From Scenedesmus sp. PABB004 (Eukaryota), in contig JABVCE010000002.1 in the NCBI GenBank assembly GCA_014905635.1, forward strand, positions 2,294,001 to 2,358,000: DNA of 64,000 bases, in the 5' to 3' direction. Each line of letters begins with the position of its first letter. Within the stretch, counting starts at the first letter, position 1. A program made the position numbers and the translations under genes. The notes beneath the pieces are model-generated. The model did no database searches. It saw only the letters and a list, made by a program, of their open reading frames with translations, and was not told where the DNA came from. Positions 11,501 through 21,796 of the stretch are shown here, piece by piece.

Positions 11501-14500
11501 CCCGACCGGACCCGGCCGCCGAGCGCGACGCCGCAGCCGCCTGGCCGCGGCGCACCCTTGCCGCCGTCCATGTATCGGAGGTAGGGCGCGACCAGGAGGC
11601 GGCAGAACGAGCGCCCCGCGCCCGGCGTCTCCTTGAGCAGCGCCGCGACGCGCGCCTGGCGGCGCGAGGGGCGCGGGGCGCGGCGCGGCGCGGTCGGCCG
11701 CCGCGGGCGGCGCGGCGCGCGCGCAGTGACCGGCCGGCTGTCCGGCAGGCGGGCGCGCCCCGCGCGGCGCCCCGCGCGGCGCGCCGCACCGCGCCCTCCT
11801 CGCGGTTCGGGAAGACGCTGGGCACGAGCAGGCGGTGCAGCTTCTGGCCCACGCCGCCAAACCCGGCGCCGCCGCCGGCCGCGAGCGCCTCGAGCAGCGC
11901 CTCGTTGGGCACCACGTCCCAGAAGTGAAGCGCGCGGCTCGTGCTGCGCGGCGGCGCGGCGCGGTGCGCTGCGTTTCGGCGCGCGCGGCGTGCGCCGGGA
12001 CGCGCGCGGCCGCGGCGCGCGCGCGCGGTGCGCTCACGAGACGCAGAGCAGCAGGTCGGCCATCGCCTCGCGCACGCGCGGCGAGGCGTCCCAGATCATC
12101 GGCGCGAGCGCGGGCAGCGCTTTCTGCGCAGCAGCGGCCGGCACGCGGGGGGAGGGGGACGAGGCGCGTGAGCGCGCGCCGCCGCCGCGCGGCCCAGCCG
12201 CGGCGGCGGCGGCCGCCACGCGCCTTGAGCACCGGCTGCGCGTGCGCGTTGTCCACCAGGGCCTGGAGCCCCTGCAGCACCGCGGCGCGCACGGCCGGCG
12301 ACGCGCCGTCAAACGCGAGCGAGTCTGCGGGCACGGCGCGGCGCGGCGGGGGCGGGGGCGGGGGCGGGGGCGGGGGTCGGCTCGCCGCCGCCTGCTGCCC
12401 ACGCACCGCCACGCACAGTCACACACGCACGCACGCACGCTCACACGTCACGCACGCGCACGCGCGCACACACGCCGCGCACGCACTCGTGAGGCGGGTC
12501 ACGTAGATCGCGGCGGTGGCGGGGGGAATGATCTCCCAATAGAGGTTCAGCACGTCACAGATGCCGGCGGCGGCGACCGCGCGCACGCCGGGCGCGGGGT
12601 CGCTGAGGCCGGCGGAGAGCGCATCAAACTGGGACTGGAGCGTGTCGTCCTGCTCCTGCACGCTCCACTCGGGGTCCTGAGCGGCGCGCGGGGGCCGGGG
12701 CGCGCTCGGCCGCCGGCGCGCCAGGGCGCCGGGCCGGCTGGCGGCGACGGCGCAGCGCGGGGAGCGGCGCAAGCCGCGCCGCGCCGCGCCGCGCCGCGCC
12801 GCGCGCACCAGCACGGGGAAGGCGTCGCAGAGCAGCTGCAGCGAGTTGCGCCGCACGCACGCGTTGGCCGCGGCGAGGCCGCGGAAGAGCAGCGGTCCGT
12901 ACAGGCGCGCGAGCATGCCATCGACGCAGCCGGGCCCGCCGAGGCGCTTCGACGAGTGCAGCGCGCCCAGCACGCGGCGGATGTTGGCGACGAGGCCCTG
13001 CCCCGCGCCGTGGATCGCCGCGGAGATGAGGTTCTGTGCCCCGGACGCAGCGCGGGCGGCGCGGGCGGCGGTCAGCGCGGGCGCGGCGCGCATCTTCGGC
13101 ACGGGGCTGCAAGCCCCCCTCCCCCCTCCTCGGCGCCCACGCGCGCTCCCACGCACGCACGCACGCCCCCCCCCCCCCCCGCAGCCGCGCACCTGGATGA
13201 GGCCGGACTCAATCTCTGCCAGGCACGGCCCCGCCGCGTCGCGCCAGCCCCGCAGGATGACCTCGCCGTACGCGTCCAGCACGCTGCGCCGCCCCGCGGG
13301 GATCTGCGGCGCGCGCGCGCATGCGCGGGCGCGGCGCCGCGGGTCGGCCGGCGGCGGCGCCGGGCGGCGCGCCGCGCGGCGCGGCGCGCGCGGGCCCGGC
13401 CGCGGCGTGCGCGTGCGCCGCGCCTGGTTGCGGATGACGCTCGCCATCTCGGCCACCATGCTCGGGTGGACCGTGAGCAGCGCGGCGAGGAACTTGCGGC
13501 CGTCGGGGCGCGACACAAACGCGGGGCAGATCGCCGCCTGCGGCGCGGCGCGCAACGCGGTGCGGTGTGCCGTTGCGGCGCGTCCAGACGGGGCCCGTGA
13601 GTCAGGCCCCTCACCAACGCCCCCCCCCCTCCCGCCCTCCCCCCGCACGCGCGCGCCGCACCTGCAGCAGCATGCGTTTCGTGTCGTTGATCGATGCGTC
13701 CTCAAAGTCCAGCAGCTCCAGCGCGCCGCGCATCGCGTAGCACGCCTTGACGTGCGCCGCCTTTTGCGTCGAGATCGCGCGCAGCTGCGCGGCCGCCGCC
13801 GGCGCCGCGGGCGGCGGCCGGCCGTGTGAGCAGCGGCTGACCGGGCGCGCGCGCGCACGCCGTGGCGCTGCTGCCAGCCCCGCGCGGCGGCCGCGGCGGC
13901 GGCGCACCAGCAGGTAGGGCAGGGCCTGTGAGACCAGGAACTCCCGGTTCTCTGCCCCCGCCGCCCACCAGGCGCAGCAGAGCTTCACGACCGCGTCCTG
14001 CACGTCCGGCCGCGCGTCGCCGAGCTCCTGCGGCGGCGGGCGGCCGTGGGCGCCGCGCCGCGCTGCGCGCGCGCCTGCGGGCGCTGCCGCCCGCGCTGCG
14101 GCCGCCCGCGCTGCCGCCGCCGCCGCGCACCAGCAGCGCGTGGTCGTGCAGCTGGATCGCCGCCGTCATCAGGCCGTCGGGCGGGCTGGCCGCGCACTCG
14201 GCGAGCGCCTCGGCCGCGAGCAGCGCCGCCAGGCGCAGCGCGCTCAGCGCCGCCGCGAGCTCGGCGCTGCGCCCGTCGGCGCCGCCCAGCTCCTCGCCCT
14301 CCTCCGGCATCGCGTCCGCCAGCGTCGCCAGCGCCGCGTCGACCTGCGCGCCGGGCACGCGCGCGTCCCGCCGCGTGCGCGTCGGCCGCCGCCGTGGGCG
14401 CCCTGCGCCGCGGCTGGCCGGCGCCGCGGCGGACCCTGCCCTCCCACAATCTTTTAGCACCACCACCGCCACACCTGCGTGTGCAGTCCCTCGCAGAACG

Positions 14501-14716
14501 CCACGAGGCCGGCGCGCGTCGCGCTCTGCAGCTTGTCCTTCAGGTCGGCGGCGTCCTGCGCGGCGCGCGGCGTGCGGCCCCGTGGCGTTGGGGCCGCGCC
14601 GTGCATGCGCTGCGTCGGCGGTCCCGGCGCCTGGGGCCGCGCGCGCGGCGCACGTATTTGGCCCAGGCGGCCAGGAAGGCCGCCGTGTCGAGCGTCGCCA
14701 GCGCCTGCAGGTCCAT
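8578..14716 (-). CDS. NCAPG2: Condensin II HEAT-repeat subunit CAP-G2 with an internal PHD finger
   Basis: Exons give LCCAWW..REFLVSQALPYLL, ALELLDFEDASI, DGRKFLA, YGEVILRGW, LARLYGPLLFRGLAAANACVRRNS..LCDAFP, QFDAL..L.DP.PGVR..A..GICDVLNLYWEIIP, LAFDGASPAVRAAV and WDASPRVREAMADLL, all CAP-G2-like. 3' exons and stop are less certain. Confidence 0.88.
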
Positions 14717-15103
14717 GGCGCCACCGCCGGCTGCCAGGGCTTCGCGCAGTGGCTACAGCGATACCCTAGAGGCGCATGGCACGGCGCCCGCGGCGTGCGG
14801 GACAGCAGGGCGGCCGCAGGAGCCCAGCAATCTTTCGTTGTTGGCCAGGCCCGACGATGGAGCCCCCGGTCGGCGGGCGACGCGTGCGTCAAGGCCGTGG
14901 CGCGAGCGAGCGACGGGAATGCACGGTCGCTGCAGGCGCGCAGCGGCGGCGGTTTGAAGGCGCGGCGGTTGAGGGCTCAGCTGTCGTGCGGCGCCGGCGG
15001 CGTACGTGCTCGCCGAGCTCAGTCCATAAGTTTCACCGGCCAGGGGCAGCAGCGGCCGCTGCAGCAGCCCCTGCCGCGCCGACCGCGTCGCCGCTGCCGC
15101 GCC

Positions 15104-15868
15104 TCACCTTCCGACCGCTGCCGCCTCGCCCGCCTGCTGCTGCTCCGCCGCCGCCGCGGCCGGCAGCGGCGCGTGCGCGGACACAAACCCCACCACGGCG
15201 TCGCACAGCTCCGCGCACACGGCGGCGCTCGCGCGGAAGTTGTGGTCGCCGCCCGGCACGACCACGAGCTCCGACGGCCCGCCCAGCGCGGCCGCGATCG
15301 CGCGCCCGTCTTCCACTGGGATGACCGCGTCGGCGTCGCCGTGGACGGTGAGCACGCGCGCGGTCACCGCCGCCGCCGCGGCGCGCACGTCAGTGCCGAC
15401 GCGCTGCTCGAGGTCCTGCAGCGGCGGCGGCGCAAGCTCAGCTCAGCGGGCGTTGCACGGCGCCGCCGCCTGGTGCCCCCGGCCAGCGCGCGCGCGCTCG
15501 CCTCGGCGGTCAGCTCCCACGTGAAGCGGTGGCCGTCGTCGCGCTGCACCGACACGGCCACCGGCCCGCGCCGCACGCGCTCAAAGATGTATGCGCCGAA
15601 GCGCTCCTGTGCCGCCGCCGTGCGGCGGTCGTCGGCGCGGGCGCCTGCCGCGCGTGCCCGCGCCGCGCGCGCGCGCGCGGCCGCGCCTTGAGCCCCCGCT
15701 CCATGCGCCAGCGGCCCGCCGCGTTGATGATGAGCGGGACGGTGCAGTCGCGCGACGCCGCATAGAGCAGCACCGACGTCGCGCCCTTGCTGTGGCCTGC
15801 CGCGCGAGCGCCCGGCGGCGGCGGGTGCGGCGGCGTTGGGGCGCGGCCGGTCGCAGCGACAGGGCACG

Positions 15869-15900
<32 letters not shown>

Positions 15901-16362
15901 CCCGCCCGCCCGTCCCCGCGGCGCCGCACCCAGCACCGCGACCACGGCCGCGCGCTCGTGGCGCGTGAGGTGCTCCACCGCCGCAGCCACGTCGCGCGCC
16001 TCGTCCGCGTAGTTGGCAAAGCGGAAGGGCCCCTCGCTTTCGCCGTTGCCGGAAAAGTCAAAGCGCAAGCTGTCGTAGCCTGCGGCGCGGCGGCGGCGCC
16101 GCGGGCGTGGCTCGGCGCCGCTGGCCGCCGGCGCGAGCGAGCTCGGCGCACCCGCGTCGCTGAGCGCCTGCGCCAGCGCCGGGAGCTGGAAGCCGTCCTT
16201 AAAGCTAGCGTAGCCGTGGCAGAGCACGACCGTCGGGCGCGCGCCGCTCTCGCTGTCGGCGCCGGCGCCCGCGGCGCGCTGGAGCAGGCCGACGAGGCGG
16301 TGGCCGGCGGCGTTGCGGAAGGCGACCTTGCTGACGGTGCTCGCGCGCTCTGCCTGCGCCAT
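15104..16362 (-). CDS. Alpha/beta-hydrolase (serine esterase/peptidase-like)
   Basis: VVLCHGYAS, LRFDFSGNGESEGPF, nucleophile elbow G|HSKG, VLTVHGDADAVIP and GGDHNF give a Ser-Asp-His triad. An alternative upstream ATG lies at 16446. Confidence 0.9.
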
Positions 16363-16758
16363 GAGGACCAGCGAGCGCCTGCCGCGCCGGCGCAGCCTGC
16401 ACGCGCTGCGCTGCTGCTGCGGGCGCTGCTGGCGCCGCTGCAGCATCCAGCGCCCGCCGCGCGCGCTACTGACACGCTGAGCCGGCTTGGGAACTCGACG
16501 CGCCACAGGCCGCGGGCGGAGCGCTCCTGCAGCTGCCGCGCCGCGGTCGCCGCCGCTGCTGCTGCTGCCGCGCGTACGCTGCAGCGCGAGGGCGCAGCTC
16601 GGAGAGCCTCGAAGCGCGGGTGGGTGTTGCCTGATTGCGACCAGCGCCCTGACCCGCAACAAGCGCCGCGCCCGCGGGGCTTGCTGCCAAGCCCCGCGCC
16701 GCCGAGCCCCGCGCGCCGCCCGGCGGCCTTCCGGCTGCGAGCACACAGCGCGCGCCGC

Positions 16759-19700
16759 TCACGCCTCCATCGCGTCCTCGTACTTGCGGTCCGCGTCGCC
16801 GCTGCCGCCCGCGCCATACTCCTCGTCGCTGCCGCTGCCGTCGCCGCTGCCGTCGCCGCTGCCGCTGCCGCTGCCGCCCTCCTCGCCGCCGTCGCTGCCG
16901 GACGCGTCGCCGCTCTGTGCCGGGGCGGCGGCGGCGGCGACGGGCGCGGGGTGAGCGGGGCATGCAGCGCGCGGCGCGCCGCGGGCGCGAGGCGCGTGGT
17001 GTGGGTGCCATTTGGAGCCGTGCGCGGCCCACGGGCGGGGGCCGTTAGGTAACGAGTGGCACCCCGGGGTCTGCTGCTGTGGGTTGAATCGTACTAGTTG
17101 GGACGCTACCGCGCACAGCGGCCCAACACTCTCGCAACCGTGTGCTGCCTGCTGCCGCTGCGCCCGCGCGCGCCCTGGCGCCGCGCGCGCCCCGCCCCGC
17201 GCCCCGCGCCGCGCCGCGGCGCACCTCGCTGCCGCTGCGCAGGCCGTCGGCGTCGTTCGCGGCGTCAAAGTCAAAGTCTGACCCCGGCTCCTCGCCGTCG
17301 TCGTCGTCGCTGTCGTCGCCGAGGCCCGCCGCCGCGGCGCTCGCAAAGTCGGCCTTTGCGCGCTTGGCGCGCTGCCGCTCCGCGCGCGCGCGCTTGGGGT
17401 TGTGCTGCCCCAGCTCCGCGTACAGCTCCGCCGTCTGGCCCTTGGCGCCGGCCTTGGCGCCGCGCGGCGCGGCCGCGGGCGCGCCGTACGCGTCCGCGTC
17501 GCCCTCGTCCATGGCGGCGCCTGCGGCGGCGGCGCGGCGGCGCGGGCGTCGGGCGCCGGGCGCCGCGGGGCGCGGCGCAGCGCACGGCGCGGGCGCGGCG
17601 CGCGGGGCGCACCGTCTGCGTCGGCCTCCTCCGCCTCCCCTGCCTCCTCTGCCTCCATCTCCGCCAGCCCCGCCGCGACCGCGCCGGCCGAGGCGGCCTC
17701 GAAGAAGCCCGCGGTGTTGTCCTCGAGCGAGGGCAGGTGCTGGATGACTGCGCTCGCCTCGGCCGCAAACACCCTGCGCGCGCGCGCGCGCGCGGGCGCG
17801 CGGGCGGGGCGCGTCGGCGGCGGGCGGCGGCGGCGGCAGGCCCCCGCGGCGGCGGCGTTTGCGCAGGCCCCCGCGCCGAGCGCCGCGCACTTGTCGGCGT
17901 CAAACTCGGCCGCCCAGTCGCCGACGACGGCCGCGGTGTCGTACGCGTCGTTGGGCCGCGCCGCGGGCGGGGAGGTGTAGTATGGGATGACGCCGCTGTT
18001 CCAGTCCTGCAGCACGATACGCGCGGCGGCCTGCGCGGGCGCCGGCGCGCAGCGCGGGCGGCGGGGCGGCGGGGCCGCTGGGCGCGCGGCGCGGCGCGGC
18101 GCACGAGGGAGGGCGCGAGAGGGGAGGGAGGGAGGGAAAGAGAGAGAACGGGAGAGGTGTGGTGTGGGGTGCAGCCCACAGAGAGGGATGTGGGTGCCGA
18201 TATTCGAAGATCAGTGCATCGCCCTGGAGCGGGCTCCCCATCCCCGGAGATCGGCACCGCCGCCGCTCTGGCCCCTGCTTGAAACCGTGGCAGCACCGCG
18301 GCCGCCGCCACAGCTCTTCACTTCAGGGCCGCGCCGCGCCGCGCCGCGCGCGTGCGACGCTGCGCCCCGCCCCCGCCGCCGCCGCCGTTGCTGCCGACAC
18401 CGCCGCGGCGGCCCCCGGGCGCACCTCCGTGTCCACGACGCCGCCCTTCTTGAGCTTGCCGCGCGCCGCCGCGATGGCCTGCAGGAAGCCGTCCAGCCCC
18501 TCAAACGCGCCCACGCGGTACACCGCCATCAGCTGCGCCGCCGGCACGCGGCGCAGGATCTCGGCCACGGGCGTGAGCGGGTCGGCCAGGCGCTCGACCT
18601 GCGCGGCGCGGCGCGGCGCGGCGCGGCGCGTGGGAGGGCGGCGGGCGCGGGGGCGGGCGCGGGGGACGGCGCCGCCGGCGGCTGGGCGGCGCGGCGCGCC
18701 TTGACCGCGTTGCGCAGCGCCGCCGCCGCCGCGCCCTCGCCGCTCGTGAAGACGATGCCGGGCGAGTCCAGCAGCCTGCGGCGGCGGCGGCGGCGGCGCG
18801 GTTGGCGGCGGCGTGCGCGGTCGGCGGCCGGGTCAGCGAGGCCGGGCGAGGGCGGCACGCCGCGCATCATCATCATGCTGGCCCCACCTGATGTGCTTGT
18901 CCAGGTGAATCTCCTGCACGCCCTTGGTCACGCCCGGCGTGGAGCCGACCTGCGCGGGCGCCGCGCGGCGGCGGCAGCGGTCAGCGCCCGGGCCGGCAGC
19001 GGCCCGCCGCGCGCCGGCCTGGCGGCGGCAGCAGCCTGGCGGCGGCGGCGCAGCGGCGGCCTGGCGGCGGCGCGCACCTGCGCGACGCGCGCGCGCTTGA
19101 GGCTGTTGATGAGGCTCGACTTGCCCACGTTGGGCAGGCCGATCACGCCGACCGTGATGCTGCCCTTGCCCTTGCCGCCCATCGCGTTGCGCGCATAGTT
19201 CTTCAGCAGCTGCGCGTGTGTGCGTGCGTGCGTGTGCGTGTGCGTGTGTGTGGGAGCGCGGGGGGGGGGGGGGGGGCAGGTGAGAAGAAACGCACGAGCG
19301 AGAGAGATGGGGAGGGGGAGGGAGCCAGGGGGCAGGCGGAGCGGCGCGCGGCACGAGAGGCCCCGCGCGGGCGCGCGGGCCCACCTGCAGCAGCGTCTCG
19401 GCGCCGAGGCAGCCCGCGCCGGCGGCGCCGGCGGCGCCGGCAGCGCCCGCCGCCTTGCCCTTGGCGCCCTTGGCGCGCGCGGCGCCGCCGCGCGTGCGCG
19501 CGAGCCCCTCGGCCTGCTGCTGCGTGGAGGCCTTGAACCCCAGCGCCGGCAGCTCCTGGCGGTAATACTTGAGCCACGCCTCGCCGACCTCCCGCGGCAC
19601 CAGGTCTGCCGCGCGGGCGCGGGCGGCGGCGCGGCGGCGGCCGGGCGCGCGTCGGCCGCCGCGAGCTCTTGCGCGCGCGCTGAGCCCCGGCCGCCGCTGA

Positions 19701-21125
19701 GCCCCGGCCGTCGCTGCGCCCCCGCCGTCGCTGAACCCTGGCGGCCGTCGCTGAACCCTGGCAGCCGTCGCCGCCGCTGGCTGGCTCACCCATCTTGTTC
19801 AGCAGCAGCACGATGCGCTTGCCGGGGTCGAGGCTGCGCACGTAGCGCTCGACGTCGGGGCAGCGGCAGCCCGCGGGGTCGCGCGCGTCGAGGACCTGAA
19901 TCACCACGTCGCTCGACTCGACGACGCGCCGAAACTCCTTGTAAAAGGCGCGCCGCGAGTTGTCTGCGCGCGGCGCGCGGCCCGCGGCGCGGCGGGCTGA
20001 GCGCGTGGCGCGAGCGCTCGCACGCAAGAGAGAGAGGGAGAGAGGGAGGGGAGGGAGAGGGAGTGAGAGGGGTGGTTGGAGTGAACTGTGGGTGCCGATA
20101 TTCGAAGATCAGTGCATCGCCCTGGAGCGGGCTCCCCATCCCCGGAGATCGGCACCGCCGCCGCTCTGGCCCCTGCTTGAAACCGTGGCAGCACCGCGGC
20201 CGCCGCCACAGCTCTTCACTTCAGGGCCGCGCCGCGCCGCGCCGCGCGCGTGCGACGCTGCGCCCCGCCCCCGCCGCGCCGCGCCGCGCGCACCCGCGTC
20301 GCCAGCGCCGCCGCCGTCGCTCGCCAGCTTGGCGCGCTTGCGCGCCTCAAAGTCGCTGGCCTTGTGCCCCGCGCTCGCCGCGAGCGCCGCGAGCGCCTGC
20401 GGGTCGCCGAGCTCCGCCTCCATCGCCCCCGCCGCGCGCTCCTGCGCGCAGGAGACGGGGGGGGGGGGGGGGGGGGGCGTCAGCTGCCGACCCCCGCGCC
20501 GTACCGCGCTGCGCGCTGCGTGCGCTGCGTGCCGCGTGCGCCGCGTGCCGCGCGCGCCGTGCGCCGTGCGCCGCGCGTCACCTCGCGCGCGCGCTTCTTG
20601 GCCTCCTTCTTGGCCTTGTCCGCGAGCAGGACCTGCTGCCGCTTCCAGGCCATCTCCTTGAGCAGCTCCTCCTTGAAGGGCCACTGCGAGGGGATGCCCG
20701 GGTCCTTGGGCTCCTGCGGCGGCGGCGAGCGGGCGGCGGCTTGGTTGGCGGCGGCGAGCCCCGGCGGCAGCGCCGCCAGCGCGGCGCGCGGGCGCGGCGT
20801 GGGCGCGGGCGCGGCGCGGGCGCGGCGCACGCGCCTTGGGCTTGATGCCGGCCTTGGCGCGCTTGCGCTCCTCCTTGCGCTTCTTCTTGTGGTGCTCGCG
20901 CACCTTCTTGATGACCTGCGCGCCGCCGGCCGCGGCGGCGGCGGGTCGGCGGCCGCGTCCTGCGGCTGCACCATTGCGGCGCGCGGGCCCCGCGCCGGCG
21001 GGCTGTGGGCCGCCGGGCCGCCGGCGGCGCGCAGCCAGCAGCGCGACCCCGCGGCGGACCTTGTACTTTTGCTTCAGAGACATGCGCTTGCTCTTGGACT
21101 TTTTGGACCGCTTGGCGCCCACCAT
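16759..21125 (-). CDS. NSN1: Nucleostemin-like circularly permuted nucleolar GTPase (GNL3/NSN1/Nug1 family)
   Basis: Basic N-terminus [74 protein letters not shown]1 motif [33 protein letters not shown] and [14 protein letters not shown]. Acidic C-terminus. Confidence 0.95.
16997..17142 (-). ncRNA. Intronic box H/ACA snoRNA (type 1) in the last GTPase intron (16915-17224)
   Basis: Minus strand: GGTTG-[CGAGAGT]-GTTGGG..CCCAAC-[TAGTACGATT]-CAACC, H box ACAGCA (17075-17080), second hairpin GGGTGCCA..TGGCACCC, then ACA (17000-17002) plus 3 nt. Both pockets complement conserved 25S rRNA sequences. Confidence 0.85.
18186..18330 (-). ncRNA. Intronic box H/ACA snoRNA (type 2, copy 1) in intron 18031-18424
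   Basis: Hairpin 1 GGCCCTG-[AAGTGAAG]-AGCTGTGGCGGC/GCTGCCACGGTT-[TCAAG]-CAGGGGCC, hinge AGAGCG, hairpin 2 GGTGCCGAT-[CTCCGG]..[TCGAAT]-ATCGGCACC, then ACA at 18189-18191. Confidence 0.88.
19679..19770. repeat. Degenerate 17-20 bp intronic minisatellite (GCTGA(A/G)CCC..GCCGTC)
   Basis: Five related units. The last two, gctgaaccctggcggccgtc and gctgaaccctggcagccgtc, differ at one base. Confidence 0.7.
20084..20228 (-). ncRNA. Intronic box H/ACA snoRNA (type 2, copy 2) in intron 19964-20293
   Basis: Identical to copy 1 from the ACA box (20087-20089) through the 5' hairpin. Only the 3 nt after ACA differ. Confidence 0.88.
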
Positions 21126-21796
21126 GGCGGCGAGGAGCCCGCGGGCGCGCGCCGGGCAGAGGGAGAGAGCGCGCCTGCGCGGCGGCGGCGGCGGCGGCGG
21201 GTGGGCGCGCCGACAGCAGCCGCCGCCGGCGCGGCGCGGGCGGCGCGGGCGCCGCACGGGGCCGGCGCGGCTCCCAGGCCAGGGGCGCTGCGTCCGCGCC
21301 GTGACGCGCGCGTTGGCGCGGCCTGGGCGCGCCCGCGCGCGCCGGGGCGGCGCGGCCGCCGCCCGCCGCTGCCGGCGCCGCGCCGCGGCGTGCGCGCCGG
21401 GCGCCCACCTGCACGGGCGCGGCGCGCGGGGCGCACGACGACGGACGCGCTGCGGCCTCTGCGAGCGCCGCCGGGCGCGCGAGAGGGCGGGCGGGCGGGC
21501 CGCCGGCGGCCAGGCGCGCGAACTGGGCGCGGGCGGGGCGTGTGAGCGTGTGCTGGTGTTGCGGAGAGGCGTGCGAGTGAGCTGCAGCAGCCGCAGCGGC
21601 GTGACAGCGGGCCTGAGCCCCAACTCGCGCGAAAAGTGCCTTCGTCTGGCAGAGGCGTCCTCCCGCCCGCCACTCTCCCGCCCGCAGCTCACACGATCGC
21701 CGCGACGCCCTCGCATCGCCCCGAGCCCCTGCGCCGCCGCGTCGCGCGCGCGCACGAACGGCGAGCAGCGGCGGCGCTCCACAACGCGCGGCCGGC

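Larger units (their letters stand above)
18189..20277. repeat. 191-bp identical direct repeat (18189-18379 and 20087-20277)
   Basis: Base-by-base identity at an offset of 1898, starting tgtgggtgccgatattcgaag and ending gccccgccccgccgc. Confidence 0.95.

Noticed and set aside
18833..18876. ATGATGA...CTGA in an NSN1 intron resembling a C/D box snoRNA
   Set aside because: Only about 44 nt from box C to box D, no rRNA antisense element recognised, and CTGAC is the ordinary branch-point motif.
18189..20277. 191-bp duplicate as an introner or MITE
   Set aside because: The repeat does not include the splice sites and has no terminal inverted repeats or target-site duplication. The H/ACA fold explains it.
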